From Candidatus Nitrospinota bacterium M3_3B_026 (GTDB lineage Bacteria; Nitrospinota_A; UBA7883; JBPRGF01), in NCBI GenBank assembly GCA_051418015.1, contig JBPRGF010000031.1:139167-203166 (forward strand): 64,000 nt of DNA, written 5' to 3'. The position numbers were made by a program, and so were the translations under genes. The notes beneath the pieces are model-generated. The model made no database searches, was not told where the DNA came from, and saw only the letters and a list, made by a program, of their open reading frames with translations. Below, in pieces: positions 8,822 to 18,611 of the stretch (position 1 is the stretch's first letter; the number at the start of each line of letters is the position of its first letter).

Positions 8822-11542
8822 ATGGCTGACACACAGGAAACCGCCCCCATGCCCTCCCTGGCGCAGACCAGGGTGGACTGGAGCGCCTTGGACGTCCCCA
8901 CCCTGGAGGACCTCCTCAAGACCTCCGAAAAGGGCCTGACGGAGGCCGAAGCGGCCGAGAGGCTGAGGATATACGGCCCCAACCAGCTTCCGCGCAAACC
9001 GCCGCCATCCCTGCGGGAGATACTCCTGCGGCAGTTCAAAAGCCCGCTCATCTACATACTCGCCATAGCCGCCGTTGTCTCCATGGCCATCGGCGAGCTT
9101 ACGGACACCGCCTTCATCGCCGTGGTGCTGCTCTTGAACGCGGCCATAGGAGGATACCAGGAGTGGCGCGCGGAAAGGAGCGCCCAGGCGCTCCAGAAGC
9201 TTTTGAGGATAAGGGCTACCGTCGAGCGGGACGGCGAAATAAAAGAGATCAGCGCCGAAGAGATCGCGCCGGGGGACGTGGTGTGGCTCGAGTCCGGGGG
9301 GCGTGTTCCGGCGGATATGCGTCTTCTGATGACCCACGGGCTGGAGGTGGACGAGTCGCTGCTGACGGGGGAGTCCATCCCGGTGCTGAAAGACGCCAAG
9401 GCGAGCCTGGACGCCGCGACGCCGCTTGCCGACCAGCGGAACATGGCCTATGCCGGCTCGATAGTGACCCGCGGGCGCGGGAAAGGCGTCGTGGTGGCGA
9501 CGGGGATGGCCACCGCCGTGGGCCAGCTGGCCCTGGACGTGGTCGGCAGACCCGCTGGCAAGCCGCCGCTTATCGTGCGAATGGAGCGGTTCAGCAAGAC
9601 CGTCGCCGTCATTGTCCTCCTGGCCGCGGTGGTCGTGGGGCTCGTGGGGGTGTTCGGCCGCGGCTATGGCGTGGGCCAGATGTTCATGTTCGGCGTGGCG
9701 CTCGCCGTCTCGGCCATTCCGGAGGGGCTGCCGGTAGCGCTGACGGTGGCCCTTGCCGTGGCCACGACCCGGATGGCCCGCCGGGGTATCATCGTGCGCA
9801 GGCTGGCGGCCGTGGAGGGGCTGGGAAGCTGCGAGCTCATAGCGAGCGACAAAACAGGGACACTCACGAAAAACGAGCTTACCGTCCGCGAGATAATGTT
9901 AAGCGACGGACGGGCCTTACCGGTCACCGGCGAAGGGTTCACCCCGGAGGGATACGCTCTCGAAGGCGACAGAAAGATAAGAAGCGGGCAGATACCGCTT
10001 CTCGACCGCCTCGCCCTGGCCGCGGCGCTCTGCAACGAGGCGGACTTGCATATGAAGAACAGTGAATGGGTCTGGCGCGGCGACCCTACGGACATAGCCC
10101 TGCTCTCCCTGGCCGGCAAGTTGGGGCTCGATCACGAAGAGGCGTTCGAAAGATACCCCCAGGTGAACGAAATACCATACGAGCCGGAGCACAAGTTCGC
10201 CGCCACCTACCACGAGGCCGGTGGCGAGACCCACATCTTCATAAAAGGCGCGCCGGAGCGCGTTGTGACGATGTTGCGGGATGGCGGCGATAGGTCTTTC
10301 AACGAAGATTTCCTGCGGGCCGCCGAAAAGATGGCGGGAAAAGGATACCGCGTCCTGGCCCTGGCCGCCGGCCGCGCTCCCGCCGGGCTGGAGCCCGAGC
10401 AGGCGCCGCCGGAGCCCTCGGACCTTGAGTTCCTGGGGTTCGTGGGGATGATGGACCCCCTGCGCCACGGCGTCCGCGAGGCGATACAGGAAAGCCACGG
10501 CGCAGGAATATCGGTGATTATGATAACCGGCGACCACCCCGTCACGGCTTTTGCCATAGCGCGCGACCTCGGCCTTGCCGAGGGGCCGGAGGAAGTCGTG
10601 ACGGGAACGGACCTTGCCGGGAAGGCGCCGGAAGAGCTCGACGAGATCGTCCGAACGAAGCGCGTCTTCGCCAGGATAACATCGAGGCAGAAGCTGGAAA
10701 TCGTGGAAGCGGCCCGGCGCGGCGGGATGTTCGTCGCCGTCACCGGCGACGGCGTCAATGACGCCCCGGCGCTACGGGCGGCCAACATCGGCGTGGCCAT
10801 GGGCAAAGCGGGGACGGACGTGGCCAGGGAGGCGGCGGAGCTTGTGATAAGCGACGACAACTTCGCCACCATCGTGGCGGGAGTGGAAGAGGGCAGGATC
10901 GCCTACGACAACGTCCGCAAGGTCATATACCTTCTCGTCTCCACCGGCGCGGCGGAGGTCATCATGGTGACCATGGCCGTGGCCGCCGGGATGCCGATCC
11001 CGCTGCTGCCGGCGCAGCTTCTGTGGCTGAACCTTGTGACCAACGGTATACAGGACGTCGCGCTGGCTTTCGAGCCGGGGGAGGGGGATGTCTTGAAACG
11101 CAAACCAAGGCCGCAGAGAGAACGGATATTCAACAGGCTCATGATAGAGCGAACCGCCGTGGCCGCGGCGGTGATGGGCCTTGTGGGCTTCGGCCTTTTC
11201 TGGTGGGCGCTCAGGGCCGGGTGGGCCGAGGATTCGGCCCGCAACGCCCTGCTTCTGCTGATGGTGCTCTTCGAGAACATACACATAGCCAACTGCCGCT
11301 CGGAGACGAAGTCCGCTTTCCGTATCCCGCTTTTCAGCAACCCCATCCTGCTTTTCGGCGTGGCGGCGGCCTTCACCCTGCACGTCATGATGATGTACGC
11401 CCCCATGGGACACGCCGCGCTCAGAACCGAGCCTGCCTCCGCCGCCACGTGGGCCGCGGCGCTCATCCTGGCCCTGACCGTCCTCGCCGCCATGGAGATC
11501 CACAAGAGATCGTGGGCCGCCAGGACGAATGCGAAGGGCTGA
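8822..11542 (+). CDS. Cation-transporting P-type ATPase (type II, Ca2+-ATPase-like)
   Basis: TGES, AIPEGL, DKTGTLT, KGAPE, TGD, GDGVNDAPAL, LLWLNLVT. Confidence 0.93.
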   Translation: MADTQETAPMPSLAQTRVDWSALDVPTLEDLLKTSEKGLTEAEAAERLRIYGPNQLPRKPPPSLREILLRQFKSPLIYILAIAAVVSMAIGELTDTAFIAVVLLLNAAIGGYQEWRAERSAQALQKLLRIRATVERDGEIKEISAEEIAPGDVVWLESGGRVPADMRLLMTHGLEVDESLLTGESIPVLKDAKASLDAATPLADQRNMAYAGSIVTRGRGKGVVVATGMATAVGQLALDVVGRPAGKPPLIVRMERFSKTVAVIVLLAAVVVGLVGVFGRGYGVGQMFMFGVALAVSAIPEGLPVALTVALAVATTRMARRGIIVRRLAAVEGLGSCELIASDKTGTLTKNELTVREIMLSDGRALPVTGEGFTPEGYALEGDRKIRSGQIPLLDRLALAAALCNEADLHMKNSEWVWRGDPTDIALLSLAGKLGLDHEEAFERYPQVNEIPYEPEHKFAATYHEAGGETHIFIKGAPERVVTMLRDGGDRSFNEDFLRAAEKMAGKGYRVLALAAGRAPAGLEPEQAPPEPSDLEFLGFVGMMDPLRHGVREAIQESHGAGISVIMITGDHPVTAFAIARDLGLAEGPEEVVTGTDLAGKAPEELDEIVRTKRVFARITSRQKLEIVEAARRGGMFVAVTGDGVNDAPALRAANIGVAMGKAGTDVAREAAELVISDDNFATIVAGVEEGRIAYDNVRKVIYLLVSTGAAEVIMVTMAVAAGMPIPLLPAQLLWLNLVTNGIQDVALAFEPGEGDVLKRKPRPQRERIFNRLMIERTAVAAAVMGLVGFGLFWWALRAGWAEDSARNALLLLMVLFENIHIANCRSETKSAFRIPLFSNPILLFGVAAAFTLHVMMMYAPMGHAALRTEPASAATWAAALILALTVLAAMEIHKRSWAARTNAKG

Positions 11543-11623
11543 CCCGGGAGGGACGGGAAAAACGCGTCTTCGCCGTTTATGTTATAAAATAGGCTTTAAC
11601 CTAATCTGAGCGAAAAACGGGCG

Positions 11624-13069
11624 GTGGATAAGTTTAAGGAAGAGTGCGCCGTGTTCGCCGTTTACGGCCATCCGGAGGCGGCGAACCTGACATACTTGGG
11701 GCTTTATGCCCTCCAGCATCGCGGGCAGGAGTCCTCCGGCATCGTCTCCTCCAACGGTCTGCGCCACTTTGCCGAGGTGGGGATGGGCCTGGTGTCGGAG
11801 ATTTTCGACGAACAGAGGATATCCCGCCTCAAGGGCGCCGCGGCTATCGGCCACAACCGGTATTCCACCCATGGCGAGTCGCTGCTTAAAAACTCCCAGC
11901 CCATGGCGATCGAATACTCCCACGGCCCCCTGGCCATGGCCCACAACGGCAACCTCATAAACGCTGGGTCGATACGGAGCAGGCTGGAGGAGGAAGGCTC
12001 CATCTTCCGCTCCACCATGGACTCGGAGGTGATAATCCACCTGATCGCCAAAAGCAGGAAAAGACGCCTGCAGGACAGGGTCGTGGAGGCGCTCTCCCGC
12101 GTTGAGGGGGCCTATTCGCTGGCCATCATGGACGCCCGCGAGCTTGTCATAGCGCGGGATCCGCGCGGCTTCCGCCCTCTGGCCATGGGCAGGCTGGGGA
12201 ACTCTTACGTCTTCGCATCGGAGACCTGCGCCTTCGATCTGATCGACGCGAAATTCGTCCGGGAGGTGGAGCCGGGCGAGGTGATCGTCGTGAACGAGGG
12301 GGGGCTCGTGAGCTACTTCCCCTTCGAAGAGGCTCCAAGGCGGCACTGTGTCTTCGAGTTCATATACTTTTCCCGGCCGGACTCGAACATATTCGGCGCC
12401 AACGTCCACAACACGCGGAAGGAGTTCGGCCGCCAACTCGCCCGGGAAAAGCCGGTCGACGCGGACATAGTGGTCCCCGTGCCGGATTCCGGGGTGGTGG
12501 CGGCGCTGGGATACGCCGAAGCCTCCGGCATCCCCTTCGAGAAGGGGATCATAAGAAACCACTACGTGGGCAGGACTTTCATAGAGCCGACCCAGTCCAT
12601 CCGCCATTTCGGGGTGAAGATAAAGCTCAACCCCGTGCGGGACGTCATAAAAGACAGAAAAGTTATCCTGGTGGACGACTCCATAGTCCGCGGGACGACC
12701 TCCCGCAAGCTGGTTAAGATGGTCCGCGACGCCGGGGCCAAGGAGGTCCACATGCGGATATCCTCCCCGCCGACGACTCATTCATGTTTTTACGGCATAG
12801 ACACCCCCGCCAGGACGGAGCTTATCGCCGCCACTTACAGCATGACGGAGATATCGGATTTTCTGAGGGCGGACTCCCTGGAGTACCTGAGCATCGAGGG
12901 GATGATGAAGGCATTGCGGGGCAGGGAGGGAGACTTTTGCAAGGCCTGTTTCGACGGCGATTACCCCATCACCACGCCCGCCATCGAGACGCAGATGGAG
13001 CTTCTGGAAAACGGCCCCGCGCCCAAAAGGGCCGGGGAAGAGAAAAAATCTGAAGCGATCTTCGAGTGA
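11624..13069 (+). CDS. purF: Amidophosphoribosyltransferase
   Basis: Short propeptide before the catalytic Cys (EECAVF), LQHRGQE, GHNRYST, VDDSIVRGTT, and Fe-S cysteines (CFYGID, CKAC). Confidence 0.97.
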   Translation: MDKFKEECAVFAVYGHPEAANLTYLGLYALQHRGQESSGIVSSNGLRHFAEVGMGLVSEIFDEQRISRLKGAAAIGHNRYSTHGESLLKNSQPMAIEYSHGPLAMAHNGNLINAGSIRSRLEEEGSIFRSTMDSEVIIHLIAKSRKRRLQDRVVEALSRVEGAYSLAIMDARELVIARDPRGFRPLAMGRLGNSYVFASETCAFDLIDAKFVREVEPGEVIVVNEGGLVSYFPFEEAPRRHCVFEFIYFSRPDSNIFGANVHNTRKEFGRQLAREKPVDADIVVPVPDSGVVAALGYAEASGIPFEKGIIRNHYVGRTFIEPTQSIRHFGVKIKLNPVRDVIKDRKVILVDDSIVRGTTSRKLVKMVRDAGAKEVHMRISSPPTTHSCFYGIDTPARTELIAATYSMTEISDFLRADSLEYLSIEGMMKALRGREGDFCKACFDGDYPITTPAIETQMELLENGPAPKRAGEEKKSEAIFE

Positions 13070-13157
13070 CACCGCCTCTCCTTCGTTTCCTGCTTGAGAA
13101 AACAAGGGCTTGTGCTTCGGCGGTTTTTCCGCCTATAAAAACCGCCAATATTGTCTC

Positions 13158-13186
13158 TTTAACCCCGATCTCCGCGTGGTTATAAT
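13158..13186 (+). promoter_or_regulatory. Putative sigma-70 promoter of dnaB
   Basis: TTTAAC-17 nt-TATAAT upstream of ATG 13264. Confidence 0.45.
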
Positions 13187-13263
13187 CACGTGTCCGCGGG
13201 CGGCTTTGGAACAAGGCGCGCGCGGCTTTCGGATTTTTTCATGAAAATTTTTCCAGACCTGAA

Positions 13264-14661
13264 ATGACAGAATCGTCTCAAGCCGTCCGCAAGGAAAGAC
13301 GCGCCGCCGTTCCCCCAGCGAACCCGGAGATGGAGAAGGCCGTCCTGGGGGCGATCCTGCTCGACAACGAGGCGCTGCCGAAGGTGATCGAGATTCTCAC
13401 CGGCTCGGAGGATTTCTACAAACCGGCCCACAGGAAGATATACCAGGCCGTCATCGACCTTTACGAGAAAAGCGAGCCCGCGGACCTGATGACCCTCTCC
13501 GAGGAGCTGCGAAAGAGAGGCTGGTTCGACGACATCGGGATAGACTACCTGGCCGACCTCGTCGAATCCGTCCCCACGGCGGCCAACGTCCGCGTCCACG
13601 CCCGCGTGGTGCGGGAGAAGGCGGTCCTGCGAAAGCTCATCACCGTCGCGGGGGAGGTGGTGACCCTGGCCTACGAGGACACCGAGGACGTGGACAAGCT
13701 GCTCGACGAGGTGGAGCGGATGGTGCTGGACATCTCCCAGGAGCGGGCGCGCAAAAGCTTTGTGGACATCAAGAATATCCTCAAGGACAGCATGAAAACC
13801 GTCGAGAGCCTCTACGAGACCAAGAGGCTCATCACAGGGGTCCCCACAGGCTACAAGGATATCGACGAGAAGACGGCCGGGCTGCAGTCTTCGGATCTGG
13901 TGATAATCGCGGGGCGGCCCTCGATGGGCAAGACGGCCTTCGCCATGAACATCGCCCAGAACCTGACGAGCCTGGAGGAGGAGAGGGTGGTGGCGATATT
14001 CTCCCTGGAGATGTCCGCCGAGCAGCTTGTCCTGAGGATGCTGTGCTCCGAGGCGAAAGTGTCAAGCCAGAGGCTGCGCACGGGGTTCCTGTCGCAGACC
14101 GACTGGCCGAAGCTGACGACGGCCGCGGGCAGGCTCCATGGCCTGAACATCTTCATCGACGACACGGCGGGGCAGACGGCCCTGGACATCCGCGGCAAGG
14201 CGCGCAGGCTGCAGGCGGAGAAGGGAAGGCTGGACCTTATCATCGTGGACTATTTGCAGCTTATGACCTCCCGGCGCAGGTACGAGTCCCGCGTGCTGGA
14301 GGTCTCGGACATCACGAGATCCTTGAAACAACTGGCACGGGAGCTTTCCGTCCCCCTTATCGCCGTCTCACAGCTTTCCAGGAAGGTGGAGGACAGGACG
14401 GACAAGAGACCGCAGCTTGCGGACCTGCGCGAGTCCGGCTCCATCGAGCAGGACGCGGACCTGGTAATGTTCGTGCACCGGGAGGGGTTCTATAACCGTG
14501 ACAGGCCGGAGCTTGCGGGCAAGGCGGACATCATCATCGGCAAACAGCGCAACGGCCCCGTGGGGACGGTGAAGCTCGCTTTCCTGGAAGACTTCACGCG
14601 GTTCGAAAACCTCTCCATGATGGAGCCGCAGGAATATAGCGACTTCGAAGAGCCTTTCTGA
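13264..14661 (+). CDS. dnaB: Replicative DNA helicase
   Basis: AGRPSMGKT, FSLEM, DYLQL, SQLSR, DLRESGSIEQDAD, KQRNGP. No intein. Confidence 0.98.
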   Translation: MTESSQAVRKERRAAVPPANPEMEKAVLGAILLDNEALPKVIEILTGSEDFYKPAHRKIYQAVIDLYEKSEPADLMTLSEELRKRGWFDDIGIDYLADLVESVPTAANVRVHARVVREKAVLRKLITVAGEVVTLAYEDTEDVDKLLDEVERMVLDISQERARKSFVDIKNILKDSMKTVESLYETKRLITGVPTGYKDIDEKTAGLQSSDLVIIAGRPSMGKTAFAMNIAQNLTSLEEERVVAIFSLEMSAEQLVLRMLCSEAKVSSQRLRTGFLSQTDWPKLTTAAGRLHGLNIFIDDTAGQTALDIRGKARRLQAEKGRLDLIIVDYLQLMTSRRRYESRVLEVSDITRSLKQLARELSVPLIAVSQLSRKVEDRTDKRPQLADLRESGSIEQDADLVMFVHREGFYNRDRPELAGKADIIIGKQRNGPVGTVKLAFLEDFTRFENLSMMEPQEYSDFEEPF

Positions 14662-14663
14662 AA

Positions 14664-14835
14664 AGACCTTTGCGGAACCAATATGATTTACTATCTTGTT
14701 GTCCTGAGGCGAAGCCGAAGGACCTTGCCTTTTTTGCTTAAACTAACAAAATCAAGGCCCTTCAGTTCGCGGCGGAGACTCCGCTCCTTCAGGACGACAA
14801 CAGCGGGCGGATTCGAACGCATTATGCGAAAGTCT
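14664..14835. repeat. Nested palindromic (REP/MITE-like) element
   Basis: Imperfect terminal inverted repeats AGACCTTTGCGGAA / TTATGCGAAAGTCT enclose an inner inverted repeat TTGTTGTCCTGAGG...CCTTCAGGACGACAA. The core CTGAGGCGAAGCCGAAG recurs near 55680. Confidence 0.65.
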
Positions 14836-14903
14836 TCTTTCTAAAAGGCAGAGGCCGCCCTTTTTCGGAGCCTCGGCCGCTTTTGTCAACAAGCGCAAGG
14901 ACA

Positions 14904-16028
14904 GTGAACCTCAGTCATCCCACTCACGTCGAGATAGACATCGACAGGCTCCATGAAAACCTGGACCTCATAAGCCGCGTGGCCGGGGCGCCCCTTCTGC
15001 CGGTGGTGAAGGCGGACGCCTACGGCCATGGCGCCGTCCCCGTCGCCCGGGAAATAGCGGGGAGAAAGGACATTGTCGAGGGCCTCTGTGTGGGCACTGT
15101 GAACGAGGCGCTGGAGCTTCGCCGGGCGGGGATGAGGGGGCGGATCGTCGTCCTGGACGGGGTCTTCCCGGAACAGGCGGGTGAGGCCCTTCGCCACGGA
15201 CTGGAGGCTGTCGTAAGCTCTGTCGAGGAGGCTCGGACGCTGGCCTCGAGCGCGGGCCGCAAGGCCGCGGAGGTCCACGTCAAGATCAACACCGGCATGA
15301 CGCGCCTGGGGGCGGAGGCGGAGAGCGCCATGGACGTCTATAAAAAGATCGCGGGGATGAGAAAGATACGCATAGCCGGGCTTATGACCCACCTGGCCGA
15401 CGCGGGGCGAAAACGCGGCCTGGCCCCCAGGCAACTGAAAATTTTCGACGAGATATCTTCCGCCATCTCCGCCGCGGGCCACCCTCTCCCCCCCCGCCAC
15501 GCGGCGAACACCGCCGCCGTGTTCCGCCACCCGGCGTCGCGGCTGGACCTCGTCCGGCCGGGGCTTGGTGTCTATGGGGTCCAGGCCTTTCCGGGGCCGG
15601 ACGCCGGGCTGAAACCGGTCCTGAGCTGGCGGGCGAGGATAGCCATCGTCCGGAAGCTTAAAAAAGGCCAGACGGTATCATACGGGATGCTGTGGACAAG
15701 CCCTGGGCGGCGGGAGGCGGCTGTCGTCTGCGCAGGCTACGCCGACGGGTACTCCACGAGGCTTTCGAACCGGGCGAAGGCCCTTTTCAGGAGAAAACCC
15801 GTCAGGCAGGTCGGTATGGTCTGCATGGACAGCTGCCTTTTCGACGTGACAGGAACCGGCGCCAGGGCCGGCGATACGGTGACCCTCATCGGCGAGGATG
15901 GAAAAGAGCGCGTCACGGCCAACGATCTCGCCCGCCTGGGCGGGGTTATTCCGTATGAGATTCTGTGCGGAATAGGCAGACGCGCAAAACGTGTCTACAT
16001 GAGATCCGGCGAAATCGTAACCCTCTGA
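14904..16028 (+). CDS. alr: Alanine racemase
   Basis: VVKADAYGHG (PLP lysine), KINTGMTRLG, RPG, GYADG, CMD. Start is uncertain (GTG 14904 or TTG 14883). Confidence 0.95.
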   Translation: MNLSHPTHVEIDIDRLHENLDLISRVAGAPLLPVVKADAYGHGAVPVAREIAGRKDIVEGLCVGTVNEALELRRAGMRGRIVVLDGVFPEQAGEALRHGLEAVVSSVEEARTLASSAGRKAAEVHVKINTGMTRLGAEAESAMDVYKKIAGMRKIRIAGLMTHLADAGRKRGLAPRQLKIFDEISSAISAAGHPLPPRHAANTAAVFRHPASRLDLVRPGLGVYGVQAFPGPDAGLKPVLSWRARIAIVRKLKKGQTVSYGMLWTSPGRREAAVVCAGYADGYSTRLSNRAKALFRRKPVRQVGMVCMDSCLFDVTGTGARAGDTVTLIGEDGKERVTANDLARLGGVIPYEILCGIGRRAKRVYMRSGEIVTL

Positions 16029-16097
16029 TTACAAAGTCCTTACATCCAAGGCGGCGATAGCGGGGCATGATTCGCCACGGGGTCGCGCCGGCCCTGC

Positions 16098-16136
16098 CGC
16101 CTCCCGCTTTCCGGCCCGCGGGCAGGCGATTTTTTA
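16098..16136 (+). terminator. Probable rho-independent terminator after dnaB-alr
   Basis: CGCCTCCCGC/GCGGGCAGGCG stem followed by ATTTTTT. Confidence 0.55.
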
Positions 16137-16203
16137 TGGCGCATAACACATTGATATATATCGCCTGATTTACAGCGCCCCCCCATCGCTCCGGGCTGGA
16201 AAT

Positions 16204-16235
16204 TTGATATTTAACCTCAAATCTATATAATAGAT
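16204..16235 (+). promoter_or_regulatory. Sigma-70 promoter of ectR with an overlapping palindromic operator
   Basis: TTGATA(16204)-16 nt-TATAAT(16226). The -10 box lies inside ATCTAT-N3-ATAGAT (16221-16235). Confidence 0.6.
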
Positions 16236-16307
16236 ATCTCACGTGTCCGAAGCATTTTTATCGGGAAAGGAGCATCCAGACGGGCCCGATCGCCCGTCCC
16301 GCTCGAA

Positions 16308-16937
16308 TTGAAGAGTAAGATTTTAAAAATGAATGTGTTACAAAACGCCGAGTTGGAACTGGAGGAAGGCGAGATCCAGTACGCGGACAAGGTTCTCATC
16401 GCCATAAGGCGGATCATCCGCGCCGTTGACCTTCATTCCAGGAAGCTGGCCCAGAGTTCCGGCCTGACGGGGCCTCAGCTTGTCGTGTTGTCGGAGATAG
16501 CAAACCGCGACCAGGCCTCGATAAGCGATCTGGCGAAAAACGTCCACCTCAGCCACGCCACGGTGACGGACATCCTGAACAGGCTTGAAAAAAGAGGGCT
16601 TGTCGCCAGGAAGAAAAACGGAGCCGACAAGCGGAAGGTGGTCGTGGAAGTGACCGGGGCCGGCAGGGAGATCATAAAAAACAAGCCGCCGCTGTTGCAG
16701 GAGAAGTTCGTCGCGAGGCTGGACAGGCTCGAGGGCGAGGAGAAAGACCTTCTTCTTTCGATGCTGACAAGGATAGTCAGCATGATGGAGATGGAAGAGG
16801 AGACACTGGATTCCTCCCCGTTCCTTGCCACCGGCCCCCTGTCCGCGTCGCCGGAAAGCTCTTTGGGTTATCTGAACGACTCCCCGTCCGCGGACGGCTC
16901 GGGCGCGAAGGAGGCGCCCGGCGGAAAATCGGACTAA
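16308..16937 (+). CDS. ectR: MarR-family regulator, EctR type
   Basis: VLIAIRRIIRAVDLHSRKL...GLTGPQL...DKR...PPLLQEKF, typical of EctR, upstream of ectABC. Start may be ATG 16329. Confidence 0.85.
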   Translation: MKSKILKMNVLQNAELELEEGEIQYADKVLIAIRRIIRAVDLHSRKLAQSSGLTGPQLVVLSEIANRDQASISDLAKNVHLSHATVTDILNRLEKRGLVARKKNGADKRKVVVEVTGAGREIIKNKPPLLQEKFVARLDRLEGEEKDLLLSMLTRIVSMMEMEEETLDSSPFLATGPLSASPESSLGYLNDSPSADGSGAKEAPGGKSD

Positions 16938-16955
16938 CGTCCCCCGGAAGCGGCG

Positions 16956-16997
16956 TCCGCTCCTTTCGCCAGCGTGGACGGGGCGGATTTTTTGTTT
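16956..16997 (+). terminator. Rho-independent terminator after ectR
   Basis: TCCGCTCC/GGGGCGGA stem followed by TTTTTTGTTT. Confidence 0.6.
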
Positions 16998-17071
16998 GGA
17001 AGGCATCGCGGTAAACGATTGATGAAAACGCGGAGGAATATCAGGCCAGGCGCGGCGGAGGGCGGCTCCCG

Positions 17072-17449
17072 ATGAGCGTCGCCATCCTCGGCTGGGAATT
17101 CGAGACTTTTCAAGACATGGAAAAGCTCGAGGACAAAGCGGGAGTTTATGTCGTCATCTCGATCAAGGACGGCGCCGCCCGCGTCATCGACGCAGGAGAG
17201 TCCGAGCGGATAAGGACGAAGATCATCAGCCATGAAAGAACGCCGTGCTGGAGCGAACACAAGTATGACGGCGTGGTCATCGCCGTCCGTTACGTGGAGG
17301 CCGCGGACCGCGAGGAGCGGGTGAGGATAGAGAGTGAGATAAGGGCCAGGTATTCGCCGCCCTGCGGTGGCCCGGAGGGGGCGGCGGAGCTAACAAACGT
17401 TTTTACCGGCGCTATTAAAGAGGAGAAAAAAGACGACGACAAACGTTGA
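17072..17449 (+). CDS. Small hypothetical protein, GIY-YIG-like
   Basis: AGVYVV...VIDAGES..IRTKI..H...RVRIESEI..Y.PPC follows the GIY-YIG motif order in degenerate form. Confidence 0.6.
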   Translation: MSVAILGWEFETFQDMEKLEDKAGVYVVISIKDGAARVIDAGESERIRTKIISHERTPCWSEHKYDGVVIAVRYVEAADREERVRIESEIRARYSPPCGGPEGAAELTNVFTGAIKEEKKDDDKR

Positions 17450-17467
17450 AACCGAAGAGGAGGGAAT

Positions 17468-18553
17468 ATGGCGCATTACAACAAAAAGTTCATTACGTGC
17501 TTCATGACGACATCGTGCAACCTGCGTTGCAAATACTGCATAACATCGTCCATGGACCGCGATAACACGAATATAGACCTCGACTTCGTCCGCGCCGCAA
17601 TGAGTGAGTATTTCGAGAAAACGCGCAACTACAAGGTGCGTTTCTACAGCGTGGGCGAGCCCACGGAAAACATCGAAGGCATAAAAAACGTCGTGGACAT
17701 CGCCCAGGAGCTGAGCGGCGGCTCGGCCTATTTCGAGCTTCTGACGAACGGTTTCTTCAATGACGCCACCGCTGAATGGATCGGAAACAACATACACCGC
17801 GTCTGGGTCTCCTATGACGGACCGCAGGACGTGTGCGACGACATACGGATCACCCCAAAGGGAAAAGGCAGCGCCGAGCGGATAATACGCAACATCCATA
17901 AACTCAACGAGATGACCTCGGTCGGAATCGGCCTCACGGTCAACCAGTTCAACCTGAAAAGACAGGTGGAGGTCATAGAGGAGGTCCACGGCATGGGAAT
18001 CAACTGCATGATCTCCAAAGCCTGCATAAACCCCGTCGGCAAGGACCTCGACGACATCTACGCCGTGGACATCATGGACTACGCCGAGGAGTTCATAAAG
18101 GCGTGGCGGCGCGGGCGGGAGCTTGGCCTGCATTACACCAACGACCTGATATTCAACTTCGACGGCCATTGCTCCTTCTACTGCCGGGCCAATGACCCCA
18201 CGCCGCACCTGACCGTGGACGGCTACGTCTCCTCGTGCGACAGGGCCTTTTCAGGGGACAGCCCCCTCAAGGAGCTTATCTACGGCAAGTGGGACCCGAG
18301 AACCAAAAGCATCGAATATTACCCGGACAGAATCGAAAAACTTCAAAACCGCAGGGTCGAGAACATGGAGGAGTGCAAAGACTGCGAGATACGCTACCAG
18401 TGCGCGGGCCACTGCCTGGGCACGGTCTACCAGTACACCGGCGACATGTACAAGCCGCTGACCTATTACTGCCCGGCGATCAAGTTCCTGCACAAGGAAG
18501 TTAAAAAGGACATGAAAAAAGGCGAGTTCTGGCCCATCGAGTACACCAACTGA
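17468..18553 (+). CDS. Radical SAM / SPASM-domain protein
   Basis: GAGGAGG ribosome-binding site, CNLRCKYC, VGEPT, LTNG, VSYDG, and a C-terminal Cys array (CSFYC, SCD, CKDC, CAGHC, YCP). Confidence 0.92.
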   Translation: MAHYNKKFITCFMTTSCNLRCKYCITSSMDRDNTNIDLDFVRAAMSEYFEKTRNYKVRFYSVGEPTENIEGIKNVVDIAQELSGGSAYFELLTNGFFNDATAEWIGNNIHRVWVSYDGPQDVCDDIRITPKGKGSAERIIRNIHKLNEMTSVGIGLTVNQFNLKRQVEVIEEVHGMGINCMISKACINPVGKDLDDIYAVDIMDYAEEFIKAWRRGRELGLHYTNDLIFNFDGHCSFYCRANDPTPHLTVDGYVSSCDRAFSGDSPLKELIYGKWDPRTKSIEYYPDRIEKLQNRRVENMEECKDCEIRYQCAGHCLGTVYQYTGDMYKPLTYYCPAIKFLHKEVKKDMKKGEFWPIEYTN

Positions 18554-18611
18554 GGGTCGTCTGAAGGCCGGCGCGGAAAAAGGAGCGTAAATTAATGAAA
18601 GAGCGTAAAGG

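Noticed and set aside
14802..14818. AGCGGGCGGATTCGAAC as a possible att duplicate of the tRNA-Met 3' end
   Set aside because: The match is short and gapped, lies inside a palindromic repeat, would put alr inside the island, and no integrase is present.
17022..17075. 17-codon ORF MKTRRNIRPGAAEGGSR as a radical SAM precursor peptide
   Set aside because: No ribosome-binding site, no Cys, aromatic or repeated core motif, and the enzyme lacks an RRE. Support is insufficient.
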